This document shows, in pieces, positions 12,155-26,499 of a stretch of DNA of 64,000 nucleotides. This stretch comes from Callorhinchus milii (taxonomy: Eukaryota). The stretch lies in contig NW_024704742.1 of NCBI RefSeq assembly GCF_018977255.1, forward strand, positions 37,388,001 to 37,452,000, given 5' to 3'. A program made the translations under genes and the position numbers. Below the pieces are notes generated by a model. That model made no database searches and was not told the DNA's origin. It saw nothing but the letters and a program-made list of their open reading frames with translations. Every line of letters begins with the position of its first letter. Position 1 is the first letter of the stretch.

Positions 12155-12723
12155 CACTGTACGCCCTGCTTGTCAGACTTCCCAACTCCTCTCTCCACAG
12201 GCTGCAGATAATCCAGAACTCTGCAGCCCGTGTCCTCTCCCGTACCAAACTCTGCAACCCCATCTTCCCCACTCTTGCCCGACTCCATTGGCTGCCTGTC
12301 CTTCAGAGGATCCAGTTCAAGATCCTGGTAGTCACCTACAAAGCCCTCCATGGCCTCTCCCCAACCTACCTCTGCGACCTCCTAAGCCCCTACCAACCCG
12401 CCCGCTCGCTCCGCTCAGCCGGCTCCGGCCTGCTCCACATCCTCCGACCCGCCCGCCCCACCGTTGGCGGGAGAGCCTTCAGCCACTCTGCCCCCAACCT
12501 CTGGAATTCCATCCGCCAATCACTCTGTCTCGCCCCCTCAGCCTCCTTCAAGTCCTGCCTCAAAACCCTCCTCTTTGACCATGCCATCTTCGACCACCCC
12601 CTTCCCCTCCCCTTCCTTCTCGCTCCCTGACCCCAGCTTGGGTCTGAAATGCTGTACACTGTCCAGCTCCTTGGGATGTCCTTCTGACGTGAAAGGCGCT
12701 ATACAAATGTAATCTTGTTGTTG
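12155..12723 (+). mobile_element. L2-clade LINE 3' end (ORF2 C-terminus plus 3' tail)
   Basis: Translates LHRLQIIQNSAARVL...LHWLPVLQRIQFKILVVTYKALHGLSPTYL...GGRAFS...PNLWNS, typical of the L2 ORF2 end. Tail GACGTGAAAGGCGCTATACAAATGTAATC(TTG)n. Confidence 0.9.
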
Positions 12724-13285
12724 TATTCACTGCGTATTTGATACGCGAACACTGCAACCAATTTGCAATGTCCCATAAACAGTCATGAAGTGAATAACCA
12801 ATTTTTGTATGAGGGTTTGCTGGCCAGGAGACTGAGAAACACCCTTCTCTTTTCGAGGGTACCTCAGTTAAATGTTCATTGAAAGGACAGCACCTCTATC
12901 AATGCAGCACACCCCCAGCACTGAACTGAGTGTCAACCTAGACTGTGAATTCAAAATTCCAACCTGGGGCTTGAACACACACCTCTGACTCAGATGATAA
13001 TTGCTATATTTAGGAACTTGCAGGCCTTGACCAGATGATCTTATCCAGCCATAAACGTTCCTGTGACAATTAACCTGAACTCCCTGTTACAGAATTGCCA
13101 TGTTGACAGCCCTAACCCAGTGGTGTAGTGTAAATGAGATATAGGTGCTGCCTCCACAGGCATTTGGATCCAAGTGTTGCTTTTCTTATGTGGGTTCAAC
13201 TTCAGAATTTGAGCTCTTTTGGCTGACACTCAGTGTAGTACTCAACAAGCAGTTCTACATTTCCAGAGATGCTATCTTTCAGGAT

Positions 13286-13653
13286 GGAGTCCTGTAGCTC
13301 AGTGGTTAGAGCACTCGCCTCGCAAGCGAGAGGCCTGGGTTCCATTCCCAGCAAGGCAAAATGTGGGCATGTTTCCTTACTCCACACACCCGCCTCTGTT
13401 TACCTAGCAATAAGTAGTAACCTGGTTGTTATTCGATTGGTGGATTGCTTTCCTGTGGTAAAAATTCCTTTTTTTAAAAAAATAAAATTGCTCACTTCAA
13501 TTCACGACTGTTTGTGGACAACCCTGTGTGCAATTGGCTGCTGCGTTTTGCCCACAAAATATACGGTCAGTTCACTTTACAGTATATTCCGTGAAGCGCT
13601 TTGAGACATCTCGAAGACATGATAAGGTGCTATACCAAATGCAAGTATTATTA
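13286..13653 (+). mobile_element. tRNA-derived SINE, older long subfamily
   Basis: Same head and tail as 8912, plus an extra internal segment GCCTCTGTTTACCTAGCAATAAGTAG... Confidence 0.85.
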
Positions 13654-14133
13654 TATTCAGATGGGATGTTAAACCACGTTTTCATCTTCTTGGCTTCAGG
13701 TGAACATTGAAGATCCAATGACATTGTTTGTAAAGGGAAGCGAGTTTCTACAGGTCTGCGCCATACTAGTTGGCCATTCACTTCATAGTAGTTTGTGAGT
13801 CCTCACTGTGTGTAAAATGTCTGCTACATTTGCCTACCAAAAAAATCACTCCACTTGACAATAATTACTGCAAACTTCTTTGAAGTGTTTTGATGGGCTG
13901 TAAAACGCATTCCTTCTGCACTACTCATGTGCTTTGTATGCTGAAGACAGCTCTGAGAGATTGACACTGCTGAAATCCTTAACTCACTGAGCTGCGGATC
14001 AAAGCTGTCTGGTTGGTGGCCTAGTTCACACCACCATAAGGTTCCCAATGTCTCCATTTTTAAATATTTTTTCCCAGTGGATTGGAGAGAGAAAGATCCA
14101 CCAAAATAGCTGCTCTTAAAATTGTTTCTTTGA

Positions 14134-14506
14134 ATTCAGTAGTTAGAGTGCTCGCCTTGCATCAGGAGAACCTAGGTTAGATTCCCAGGTAGGGCAAAAC
14201 GTTGGGCAAGTTTCCTTATTCCATATGCCTCTGTTCACCTAGCAGTAAGTAGGTTGTTATTGATTGGTGGATCCCTTTTCCAGAGGTAATAGTCCCTTTT
14301 TTTAAATTGTTTTTTAAAAATTGATCACTCAATCCATGACTGTTTGTGGGGCACTGCTGTGCGCAATTGGCTGCTGCATTTCGCCCACAAAATATACAGT
14401 CAATTTACTTTACAGTATATTCTGTGAAGCACTTTGAGACATCTCGAAGACGTGATAAAGCGCTATATCAAATGTAAGGACTGTTATTAAATGCAAGGAT
14501 TATTAT
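14134..14506 (+). mobile_element. tRNA-derived SINE, older long subfamily
   Basis: Diverged head, internal GCCTCTGTTCACCTAGCAGTAAGTAG segment, shared tail. Confidence 0.8.
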
Positions 14507-16721
14507 AGAACTAGCCAAATGTCAATGTTCCCAGGTCTGTTTAATTGCTATAGATTTATAGGATAAATTGCCCCCTTCCTGATCCTGGATCATTGGATGA
14601 CCTATAATTAATGGGTGTTGCCACATCATCTTTGTGTAAAGTAGAAACCCTTGACTCCAGGCCCTGAGGGAGACTTTCTTTATTCACCCTTTCAGAATTT
14701 TTGGATTTCTCAACATAGAGGTTTTCAGTGTGTACGTGCTTGGTCTGTATTTCTGCTAAACAGTTGAGGCAGATTGCTGGCATCAGATCTAAGGATTTTC
14801 CAGTTAACACCATATTAATGTTCAAAGCGGTGTGTTATGATAGCAGCGGAGACCGTTTTTATTCTAGTTCCATGGCTTGTTCCAGTTGTCTAATAGGATG
14901 TGTTCAAATAAATAATTCCATGCTGTACTGAGTAAACCAATCTCAGACAGGAAACACAAGAAGCACCACATTTTTATCACACCTATGTGCTTTGCAGTAA
15001 TTACTGTCAAGTGTAGTGACTGTTTTTGTAGGTGGACAGGGCAGTCATTTTTGCTCTAAAAGAAAATCTCACAAATAGCCATGACCTGAATGACCAATTA
15101 ATCTGTGGGATTTGGTGGCCAGGAGTTGGGGCACTTCAATTGACCTCCAGTGCTCTTGGGTTACGGAGGGGGAAGGGAATCATTCAAGGCTCCTGCTCAT
15201 GTTTGTTATCCAGAGAGCCCTGTTGTTTACTGCATGTGGACATCAGATGAGGACAAGAATACATTTGTTTGTAATCCCCTTGTTTTCCTCCACCCCCCCC
15301 TCCAGCCCACAGATAGAAGAAACGCTTTCAAGGTGGGGGAGAAGAGAAACAATTGGCGTAAAATAAAAAGACTGAATAAATTAGCTGATCCATGATGTAA
15401 CAAGGGATTATCTGATGCTCTGTAGTAATTCTGGCTCTCTTGTGCCTGGCTTATACTAAAACCTTATCCTGAAATCTGTATACAAATCTCTGCGAGCGTG
15501 ATTTGAGTGTAGTTGATCCATTTAATACTCCTGGCTCTAATGCTCATATCTTTGTTGTGCTGTGTCTGATAATCAAATGGCTTCTTTTTAAATCTAACCA
15601 CCTTGTGCCAGCCAGCCTGAAAATACCAAGCAGTTACACTATTTTTTGGAGCTAAAGTATGAAGGTAGAAGTGGGACATTTGTCCTGCTGACCATGTTCC
15701 ACCAATAACTCTATGGCAGTTCTCTTATATTTACTTTGGCTGTTGCACAAAGAAGAAAATTGATTTTTTTAAAAAATCATTTTTGCCTGAGATGTAGCAC
15801 ATGGACATACTAGAGAAAAAAAACAAGCACAGAACTGGCTGTGGGAAGCAATGGGCCACGGAGCTGAATGACGTTGGAGTTCATTGATGCTCATGTGGGA
15901 TTTCGGAGTGAAATCTACGCACATGCTGACAAGCCAGTGTGCACACGCAGCTCCCAGGTTTCTCAAGTCACCGGATCATTTGACATTAAAATTCACAACC
16001 AAGTTCGAGTGTGCGTGCATCGGAAGAATTCCAAAAGAACAGATTTGTGGGCAAATTTCCCAATCTGTGGGCTAATTGGGATGCTAAACACAATGTAATT
16101 CATGACGCATTTATTTTTACGAATGTTGCAGAGCTGCTTCAATTTGTGATGACTGGTACTTTGTTATTTGTACTGCTCACTCTTGTAACTTCGTACAAGT
16201 GTACCTATGCCTGAGGCAGTTGACCATTACACAGTGCACATTGTTCTCTTTACTGGATTACATGATTTACATGGTCACATGCCACACACTTTTAAACTCT
16301 TCAAAAATGTTGATAATAACAACTTGAATTGATATAGCGCCCTTCATGCGGGCCAGTGTCTCAGAGCCCTTAACAGTGGCAGAGTCTGAAGTCTAGCCAG
16401 GGGGAGCGAGGAGTTGACTATGATTACCACACAGATGGAAAACAAGAAATCTATCTGACTTTAACCAATTATATAAAATAATTCAATTCTATTCACATAA
16501 TCCATTACCATTATCGATTCAAAATATTTAGCAGGTACGTTGTCCGTCTTTAAATAGATTCCCAGGTGGCCAAATGGATAAAAGTACGCCATGGCAACAC
16601 TTGGCTCCTATCCAGGTCTGTGAGTTAGCTGATCTTGGGTGCGGTGCTATAATTTGCATCTGAACTCCTGGGTTAGGGAGGGGTAATTCAGCTTGGATTC
16701 TTGTTGACTGTTCTTTTTATC

Positions 16722-18330
16722 ATTAGAATCATAGAATTATACAGCACAGAAGGAGGCCATTCGGCCCATCGTGTCTGTGCCAACTCTTTGAAAAGAGCTA
16801 TCCAAATCAATCCCACTCCCCCGCTCTCTCCCCATAACCCTGCAAACTTGTCCTCCCCAAATAATTATCTACTTCTCTCTTAAAAGTTGTTATCGAATCG
16901 GCTTCCACCAGCCTTTCAGGCAATGGATTCCAGATCTGAACAACTCGCTGTGTGAAAAAATTTCTCCTCACCTCCCCTCTGTTTCTTTTAACAACTATTT
17001 TAAATCGATGTCCTCAGGTTACCGACCCACCCGCCAGCGGAAATAGTTTCTCCTTGCTCACCCTGTTGAATTCTCTCATAATTTTGAAAACTTCTACCAA
17101 GTCTCCTCTTAACCTTCTCTGCTCCAAGGAGAATAATCCTAGCTTCTCTAGCTTCTTCTGATAACTGAAGCCCCTCATTCCTGGTACCATCCTGGTAAAT
17201 CTCCTTTGCACCCTCTCCAATGCCTTGACATCCTTCCTAAAGTGTGGTGCCCAGAACTGAACACAGCTGAGGCCTAACCAGTGTTTTATAAAGGTTCATC
17301 ATCCTAACTTTTGTATTTTATGCCCCTATTTATAAAGCCTAGTATACTGTATGTTTTTTTTAACAGCTTTATCTGCCTGTCCTGCCACCTTCAAAGATTT
17401 ACTTATATCATCCCCCAGGTCTCTCTGTTCCTTTACCCCATTTAAGATTCTACCATCAGCTTATATTGCCTCTCCTCATTCTTCCTTCCAAAGTGCATCA
17501 CTTCGCATTTCTCCACATTAAACTTCATCTGCCATGTGTCTGCCCATTTTACCGGTCTGTATATGTCCATTTGCAGTCTGCTATTATCCTCCTCACCATT
17601 TACTACTTTTCCCAGCTTAGTATCATCTGCAGACTTGGAAATTGTACTCCCTATATCCAAGTCATGGTAATTTATATAGATCAAAAACTGCAGTAGTCCC
17701 AATAATGCCCCTGCACACTTCCCTCCAGTCAGAAAAGCAACTGTCTCCCAGCCGGTTCTGTATCCATGCTGCCACTGTCCCTTTAATACCGTGGGCTTCT
17801 ATTTTGCTTACAAGTCTCTTATGTAGCACTTTATCAAACGCCTTTTGAAAATCCATATACACTACATCGACTGCACTACCTTCATCCACCCTCTTTGTTA
17901 CTTCATCAAAAAACTCTTATCAAGTTTGTTAGACACGATTTGCCTTTAACAAATCCATGTTGACTGTTAACATGTTAACCCATATTTTTCTAAGTGAAAA
18001 ATTATTTTGACCCGGATTAGAGTCTCTAGAAGTTTCCCCACTACTGATGTTAGGCTGACTGGCCTGTAGTTCCCAAGTTTATCCTTTGGTCCCTTTTTGT
18101 ACAGGGGAGTAATATTTGCAACCCTCCAGTCCTCTGGCACCACCCTGGTGTCCAAGGAGAATTGAAAGATTGTGGCCAGAGCCTCCATTATTTCCACCCT
18201 TACTTCCCTCAGTAACCTAGGTTGCATCCCGTCCGGACCAGGTGACTTGTCTAACTTGAGCACCATCAACCTTTTTAGTACTTGCTTTCAGTTTATTCTT
18301 ATGTTATCCAACTTCTCTACTCTCGCCACC
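16722..18330 (-). mobile_element. CR1 LINE, 5'-truncated, with degraded reverse-transcriptase ORF2
   Basis: Minus-strand fragments KSPGPDG..., WRVANITPLYKKG..., NYRPVSLTSVVGKLLE, VDVVYMDFQKAFDKV, ADDTKLG and ERVQRRFTRM...LFSLEQRRLRGDL. CR1-type (ATTCTRTG-like) tail near 16722-16740. Multiple frameshifts. Confidence 0.95.
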
Positions 18331-18820
18331 AATATGATCATACCTACGGGCATCTTGAAGCGTTTCATGCAAAATTATACTTAATGCTTTTCTCTAGATT
18401 TTTATAAAAGTATTTTTAAGTGTTTTACACAACAAAAACTCTGAAAAATATCTTTTGACTGTTTCATTGGGAAAATATCTTTGATCTTTGGTAAAACATC
18501 CGCAAATTCCTAGTGATTTCCCCCTCTCCTCCCACCCCCGCCCACCACAACATTTTTGAAGACGGCTTTGAGACATTGTGAAAGTTGCTGTTAAGTGCAT
18601 GTTTCTGCTGTGCAGAGCACCCTGATTATAGTGTGGTTCTCTGAGTCCAGTATTTCAAAGACAAGGGGAAGCATGAAAAAATGGACATCTTCCAAGTCTT
18701 TGGGTTGCCATTGAATTCACATCCTGTATGCCGCTGAAGCCACTTCCAGTACAAATTAACATCAGTAGACATGCTTGCATGCATATGCAGAAAATGACGG
18801 TAGAGGCAACCTTACAAACC

Positions 18821-19128
18821 GTCCTGTAGCTCAGTGGTTAGAGCACTCGCTTTGCAAGCGAGAGACCTGAGTTTAATTCCCGGCAGGGCGAAACCTTGGG
18901 CAAGTTTCCTTACTCCACACGCCTAATAATAATCCCTCCAAAACCAAAAACAATAATAAAATTGGTCATTTTCAATCTACGACTGTTTGTGGGACATTGC
19001 TGTGCGCGATTGGCTGCCGCGTTCGCCCACAAATATACGGTCAATTCACTTTACAGTGTGTTCTGTGAAGCGCTTTGGGACGTCCTCCCGACATGAAAAG
19101 CACTATATCAAATGCAAGGATTATTATT
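18821..19128 (+). mobile_element. tRNA-derived SINE, young subfamily, with apparent 5-bp TSD AAACC
   Basis: Near-identical to the 54486 and 58217 copies. AAACC at 18816-18820 and 19129-19133. Confidence 0.9.
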
Positions 19129-20769
19129 AAACCAAAGATCAGGCAATTTTAGCACGGGAAGCTGGTTAGTCTGTGTTGTAAACCAGGTGCACCATGCTCC
19201 AGGTTAGCATTGGTCCAAGGGACACCAGAATTCTAACTGAGGCAGCAAGATAGTGGTGGAGGGAGGGGGTGACTACAACAGTGTACTTTCCACTGTACTT
19301 TCTTGAAAAGTCTCCTTCAAGTAGGCAAATCCCCACGTCTTTTCCAAAGTCCTGTTTATTCAGATGTTGGAAAGTTCATGAGACCCATGATGTGACGACA
19401 TGGATGTGATGAAACCCCCTGTCCTCCAGGAGATTTCCCCCCACCACCAAACCTCACCACCACCGCCACTTAGAGTTGATCAACCCTCTGGTTTGCCGTG
19501 ATATAATGAGAATTCTCAAAGTCTGTGGTGGTACAAGATCTTCTCAGTACACAGAGCAGATCTGTATTAAATGATTTTTTTTCTAAATTATGAAAATCAA
19601 AAGAATTGAAACAATGTTAATTCATAATTAACAGCTTCCAGGATTTGGAGTCTTTGCTATGTGCCTGATCACAGCCTGCTGCAAAGGGTGCAGAAATTCA
19701 AACCAAGATGGAATGCTCTTGTTAAAATTGTGAAGTTTTTTTTTGGTGACTTGTTAGTTCAAAACATTTTACTTTTAGGATTTACTTTGGGTTCCGTCTT
19801 GCTGAGCCCACATTAAAACACATACATTTTTATGAAACCAACGTTTGGTTCTGGTGCCTTTTTAAGAATGTGCTTTTATATAGGGCTAAATGTTAACTCC
19901 ATCCACAAAGATAATTTGGCTAAGTATACAATTCAGATTCAGTTTAATGTTTTCTGGAGATAGCATTTTAAGCACCTATTGGTTATAACCGGCTTAGCAG
20001 CACCATAGACAAACTACACCAAAGATAGCAGCTATATCTGGTATGTAAATCAATAGGATCAGTAGCCAGTCTGTGAGACACAGAATGAGATATTGGCAGT
20101 CGGAGGTAGTAAAATTATAGCTAGTGGGTGGGGTGAGGGGAGGCTGCTGGCCAAATGAGGCAATCGTCGTGTCTTCAAACGTTTACCTAAAACAAAGGAC
20201 TGGTTGATGAAAGGAACTCTTTTTTTAAAAAAAAGCTGCTTTGTAGAAGCAGAACTTTACATTTAAGAAGATTAATTGTGCAATTGCACATTTGTATTTG
20301 CCTATGGCAGAGCGGGAGAATTAGTGCAAACTTAATTTGAAGGGCTATAAAATGATGATTGATAAGCTGGTTCCAATTACCACAATGCTTGAATCTTTTT
20401 AAATGCAACTACTGTATAACCAAATGAAGCCTTGGCAGTGAGGACTATTGACTCCTTTGAGGTGTTGTTTTGGCTTTGTGATGAACTCCAAAGCTTATCA
20501 GTAGAGGAATGTTGGCCCAGATGAGCCGTGGTATTTTCTGTGCGACGAGGGTGAAAAACGTTGTTGTCCGCAAAGGGAAGAGCCCAGGATGTAGAATGGA
20601 GGAATATTCTTGAATTGTTACTTTATTAATCTTTAGGAATCTGCACAATCTATCGTGGATCCTGCTCTCAGAGAGAGTGGGTGAGGAAATATCATGATCT
20701 GATCATTTTTCTGATCGGAAAAGAATAAGCTCGATAGCCTATTCCTTTCCTCTTAAGTTTATTTCTGCA

Positions 20770-22140
20770 ACTATCGCCTCTCCCTCACGCAGTCCAAAAC
20801 TGCCTTTTGCTCCAAAACCATTTTGAAGCCATAAACGACCCCAAGGCATTTTCTCCAGCATCCATCACCTCCTCTGCAGCCCCTCCACCCCTCCATCCCA
20901 ACTGCCTCACACCTCTCCCTCCACTCGGTTTGTTGTCAAGGTTACAAATGACATCCTCTGTCTCTGTGACTAAGGCTCCCTTTGCCTCCTCGTTCTCATC
21001 CTCAACCTCTCTGCTGCATTCGTCAGTCGACCATGCTATCTATCCTCCTCCACTGCCTATCCTCCCTCATCCACCTCAGTGGAACCACACTAGCCTAGCT
21101 CAAGTCCTAACCTAACAAATTGCCTTTACTTTGTTTCTTCAAATGGTTTCTCCTCCCACCCGCCAACTGTGGCATACCCCAGGGCTCCCTCCTTGGTCCC
21201 CTCCTCGTCCTCATCTACATGCTTCCTCTTGGCGATGTCATCCACAGACACGGGGTAAATTTCCATATAATAATAATAATAGAATTTTGAAGTCCTGTAG
21301 CTTATTGATTAGAGCACTCGCTTTGATTTCCGGCAGTGTGAAACGTTGGGCAAGTTTCTTAGACACTGATGTGCGTAATTGGCTGCCAACGTTTTGCCCA
21401 CAATACATGTAGTCAATTCACTTTACAGTATTTTGTGAAGCGCTTTTAGACATCAAGAAGACGCGATGAGGTGCTGTAACAAAGGCAAGGGTTGCTATTA
21501 TTTTATTATACAATAATAATAAACTTCTACATGTTTGCGGATGACACACAAATCTAATTCTCCTCCTCCAGCTGCAACTCCAGGTCCACCGATGTTATGT
21601 CGGCTTGCCTCGCAGATATTAAGGCCTGGATGATTGCAAACTTCTTGCGACTTAATTTTGACAAGACGGAAGCCTTACACCTTTCTCCCATTAATGTCTT
21701 CTGTCCTGTGGCTCTGACCTCCTCAACCTCCCCGGCCTATCTCTCAGACTCACTGAACTGGTGCGCAGCCTAGGTGTCAGGTTGGACCCAAAGCTGTCCT
21801 TCCTTTCCCACATCTGGTCCCTGACCAGGACCACCTTCCTTCACCTCTGTCACATTGCCCACCTCTGACCGTACCGTATTCCAGATGCAGCCAAAACATT
21901 CATCCATGCGTTTGCCACTTCTCGACTTGACTTTTCAAATGCCCTCTTTGTCGATCTCCCCAACTCCACCATGCACAAGATCCAACTAATCCCAAACTCT
22001 GCGGCCCACGTACTCCCATCATACCAGTTCTAACCAGGCTCCACTGGCTCCCTATTGCCAAACGGATCAGTTTCAAGATCCTCACAATCGTCTTCAAAAC
22101 CATTCGAGCCCTGGCACCTCCCTATAAATGCAAGTTGCTG
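20770..22140 (+). mobile_element. Degraded L2 LINE ORF2 fragment interrupted by a SINE (~21290-21510)
   Basis: RT motif FYMFADDTQI (~21525-21555), CLADIKAWMIANFLRLNFDKTEA, SRLDFSNALF and LHWLPIAKRISFKIL. Confidence 0.8.
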
Positions 22141-23147
22141 TTGTTCATGGTTGGCCAATAAAATAAATTTTCTTGATTGAATATTTCTTGATTTATAGCG
22201 CAATCAAGAAATATTCAAATCGAGAAAAAAAAACTGAAAGCACACTAGTGATCGAGCGAAGACTTACCCAGACCCGTGCGAATGTTCGGTGGCAGTGGGG
22301 TGGGGGGGCACTTCTTGACGGCACCACAAGCCACAGGCCACCACTGCTTTAATGCCTTTTCTCAGACAATGCTTTCTATTGTACTTGGGCTGGGTTTAAT
22401 ACTTTGAAATAGTCTACTGTATTCTCATCAGGGTGCAGTAGATGGGCTCTGTCTGAAGGAGTGGTAATGTGGTCTGGGGCAATTTGTGTAACAATGAGGC
22501 CTGATAGTATCTTAGTTTTGTGGGTCATTGAAAGCAGCTGGTGCTTGTGTCATCCCTGTGCTTCTACATGAAAGCATTTAATGTGAACTGATGAAATCTC
22601 CTGAGAGCAAACCACAAAAAGTATTTGAACCGGCACATAGTCCTGAATGAATGATTTTTTAAAATTCTTTCACTTTCATAAGGGAATGAGTGCTTTCTTC
22701 TACTAAGCCCATTCAGTCATTAAAAACTTCCATCATTGCTTCAAAAAATGCTGTTGACCTAGTTCTCTCAATTTATTACCTGTACCTGTCCATCATTTTT
22801 AAGGGCTACAGGGTGAGGTTGGGAATGCATTTAGGGCACTTTGACAATGTTATTGAACATATTCAATTCACTGGCGGTCGAATGTCATGATACACAAGCC
22901 ACAAGTTCGCAACAGGAGGCACAGTGAAGCATCTCAAATAAGTCCGGGGTAAGTCTCCCTCCAGCACACCAGGGAACTGAACATCACACAAGGTCACCAA
23001 ATTGATAATCTATATTATAATATAGTTACAATGAGTGATCTGGCACAGAAACAGGTCACTCTGCCCAACTCGTCCCTGCCGGTATTTATACTCCACACAA
23101 GCCCCTACTTCTAATATTCCTCTCTCATAAACCCCTCTATTCCTGCT

Positions 23148-23220
23148 CAGGGTGGTCCAACCTTTTGGCTGCTGAGGGCCTGATGCCCTATTTCAGAAAC
23201 GTCCATAGGCTGCATAAGCA
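23148..23220 (+). mobile_element. Possible hAT/Charlie-type DNA transposon terminus
   Basis: CAGGGTGGTCCAACCTTTTGGCT...GGGCC resembles MER30/Charlie termini. The matching opposite end was not found. Confidence 0.35.
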
Positions 23221-26200
23221 ATATATTTCAGTTTCCTTTCCAGAAACATAACATAACAACATTTACGGGTTGTGGAGAGAGTGGGTGGGCCAGGTGAAAT
23301 GGAGGGAGGGGGCGGGCAGATGAAATTGGGAGTGAGATAGGTCAGAGGTGGACAATAATCCGGAGATGAAGAAAAGCAGTCTTTGCCAGGTACCAGATGT
23401 AAGCCTTAAATAAGAGCTGAGGGTGGAACAAAATGCCGAAATTAGGCATTAAGATGGGGCAAGGACTTGGGAGGGATTGGAAGGTCAGCACAAGGATTTG
23501 CAGATCCTAATAATAATAATACTGTACTCCTCTGTTCTCATGTTGGAACAATGTATTGGGCAGTACTCTGCTCCCTTGGGTTATTGAGAGGATAGGAGTT
23601 GGGGATCCTGCTTCTGATTTTCTATTGAGGATTTTCTATCGCCTTCTGGAAGGTACTTGTGACAGGGAAGGCAGGACTTCTTGCCTTGGTTACCTCCCCT
23701 CTCTTTCCAACTCAGCATCACCCCACACTGCTGTTAAGTGCTCAGACGCGAACTGCATGAAGGCGCTATATAAATGCAAGTTTTTGGTGATGGTGATTGG
23801 TGTTGACGTTGAATAGGAACTGTATCCCAGCAAATGTCAGCGCCTCTCCCCTCTTGAATTGTGCGTGTTTATCAAATATATTTTAAACTCTTGTATAAAA
23901 AGTGCCCCTCTGCAATGCATCAGTTACAAAATTGCACCAATATGGACACAGAATAAAGCAATTTTTCAGTTGAGTCAGTCTCTCTGCCCTTTAAAAGATG
24001 TACACCACTTGGCAGATTTTTATTCACACCTTATTTGGAGTTGAAGCATTAGGTGTCAGGCACCTAGATCTGATTGAGTATTATTGCAGGTCCAGTAATC
24101 CTAGAAATATGTTTCCAGTAACGCAAGCAATTTTATACATTGAAGAAGTGCAGTACTGATATGTAACAGCTGTATTAGTCATCCATTTGTTGCATTTTCT
24201 CAGTGTTTGTATTACATTGATTGATGTCAGATGCAACATGTTTTGCAGCATTGTATGAATCAGACTGACTGCATTACTTGTCACTGAATCCACGATTACT
24301 ATTGGGTGTATGTTTACTGCACATCAATCAAAAATAGTAGATTTTTTCACAGTCCTGCAGGACCTTTTACAAGCTGTGGAGAAGTCAGTTCTGCCTATGA
24401 AATCCTGCACCGTTCAGCTTTAAGGCTGTATGCAGGGGTTTTCTACTGAAGCGTTTCTATTAATAACTTCTTGGGATTTGCATGTATTTCAATATGAGCT
24501 TGTTTACCCTGAGTTAGCAGGATCTAAATTAGTACTGATACAGAGGTAACCCTGTCATGAAGCAGCCTAATTCAGACTACTGGAATTTCTTGACCATATA
24601 ACAGAACTGTATAAAGCAATCTCGGCATTCAGTCTTGAATTGAAAAGTATTAATACTGGTATAAAACCTATTTTACTCTAGAATAAGTTTACTTTTTTGC
24701 TGCTCTCAGCAAAATAAGCCAGGTGATCTGTGTACTGCCAGAACCCTTTACCATTGCCCCATTCACCTACAAGTAAACTTTACAACAATTACTCCAAAGT
24801 GCTTTGAGATATGTCATCAACATAAGGTGGTTTATCAGTAATAGATTATTATTGTCCTGTAGTGAGTTACATTTTTCATTGGCAGCCACTGCCATCACTG
24901 ACTGTTAAATACTTGCTGCAACCATTAAGTACTTGGATATGCTAATGCACACGTAACAAGGCTGCATTACACACTACATGTGATAACATCTTGTATGTTT
25001 CACAACTCCATCATTCCATTGCAATGTGTGCTTGTTCTATAGCAGAGGATCTGTGCTCCAGTCGAATAGTAAATGGATCAGCAGGACAGAGAATGGTGCA
25101 CAACTCGCAGTTGGCTTCACAGGCCACTTTCAAACTAACTGTACCTTTAGTGTCACAAGATCAGCTAATTCAGCATAGATCAGGAAGTAAACTTATGACC
25201 TGCTGGTTTGTAAAGCTTAGTGCTGAAGTAAACAGCCGTGAAGCAAGTGAACAATTTTATCAGTAATAATTATTGGCCAGGTCTCTTTTTTTAAAAAAAA
25301 TACATTTGGGAGACTTTATGGTGCTTCAACATTATGAAATAAACATTTCTTTTTTCATCAGCGAGCTATGTAATACTACAGTACTCAGTCCCAGTTATTG
25401 CTGTTTACCAGACATCAATTGGGTTAAATTTGGCTGAAATATGTTCCTTACATGTTGTATAATCTTTCCGGATCATTGTGAATGGAACTAGTGTAGCACA
25501 CTGCCTTCATTCTGGTTTGTAGGCATCTAAATTCACTTTTAATGCTTGGAAGTTTGTGTTCTGGGTTTACACGGACCAGAGTGCTTCATGAGCGCTCTTT
25601 ACATGAGATAACATTTCAGAGAGCTTCACAATACTGGGGTTGGACACCAAGTAAGGGGAGAGGGAGGCGAGTCTAAGAAATAGTTTTTAACACTAGAAGG
25701 GAGAGGGCGAGCAGACTGGTGGGATATGAACAGATCAGAGATGGAGAGGTGTAGGGCATGGAGGGATTAGTAAGGACCATGAAGTCTATCTGATCAGAGA
25801 CGGGGGAGCCAATCGAGCTAGCGAGGATAGCAGTAATTTTGTGTGGGAGAGGATAGTTCTATTCAATTTTAATTCAGTCTTTCTGTTCTTCCTTCATGCA
25901 ATTTACATGCTTTTGAAATTCAATTTTTGGTGTTGCCGAGCAACTTCCTGATTTATCTCATCATTTCTGACTTTTTCAACAAGTCTTGTTTGTCTTCAAT
26001 GTGGAACCATGGGTTTTGTTTCTTTTCTAGTTTTTTATATATAAACCCGTATTGTCTTTCCTAAACATTGTCAGTATCCGCTGTTGTTACCAAACTACTT
26101 CTTGATGTTACTCAAAAAAATTGAACACTAGCTTTAGAATTGGCTTCAATTGGTTTATGTGGTGAAGGTGTGAACGAGAAATCAAAAACAAGCACAACAT

Positions 26201-26499
26201 CATTGAGACAGAAACCACAAATGTGGGGAAATGTGCAGTAAACAGGAAACTTCTATTGTAATATGAGAGCACTGGGTCTGCCATTATTAGTGATAAGACT
26301 GAAATGTACTGATTCCACTGGCAATTTTGCCAACTAATAACAAATTGTAGCCCCATTTAAAACACATTTAATATATTATCTTGACGCCTTCTAGTATAAA
26401 CAGATCCAAACTGAGCAAGTTTCCTTATATGAGCTCCACAGCATATGTTCTGAAATGTAACCTTGATGATGATGATGGTGAAGATCACTTAAAGGCGAT

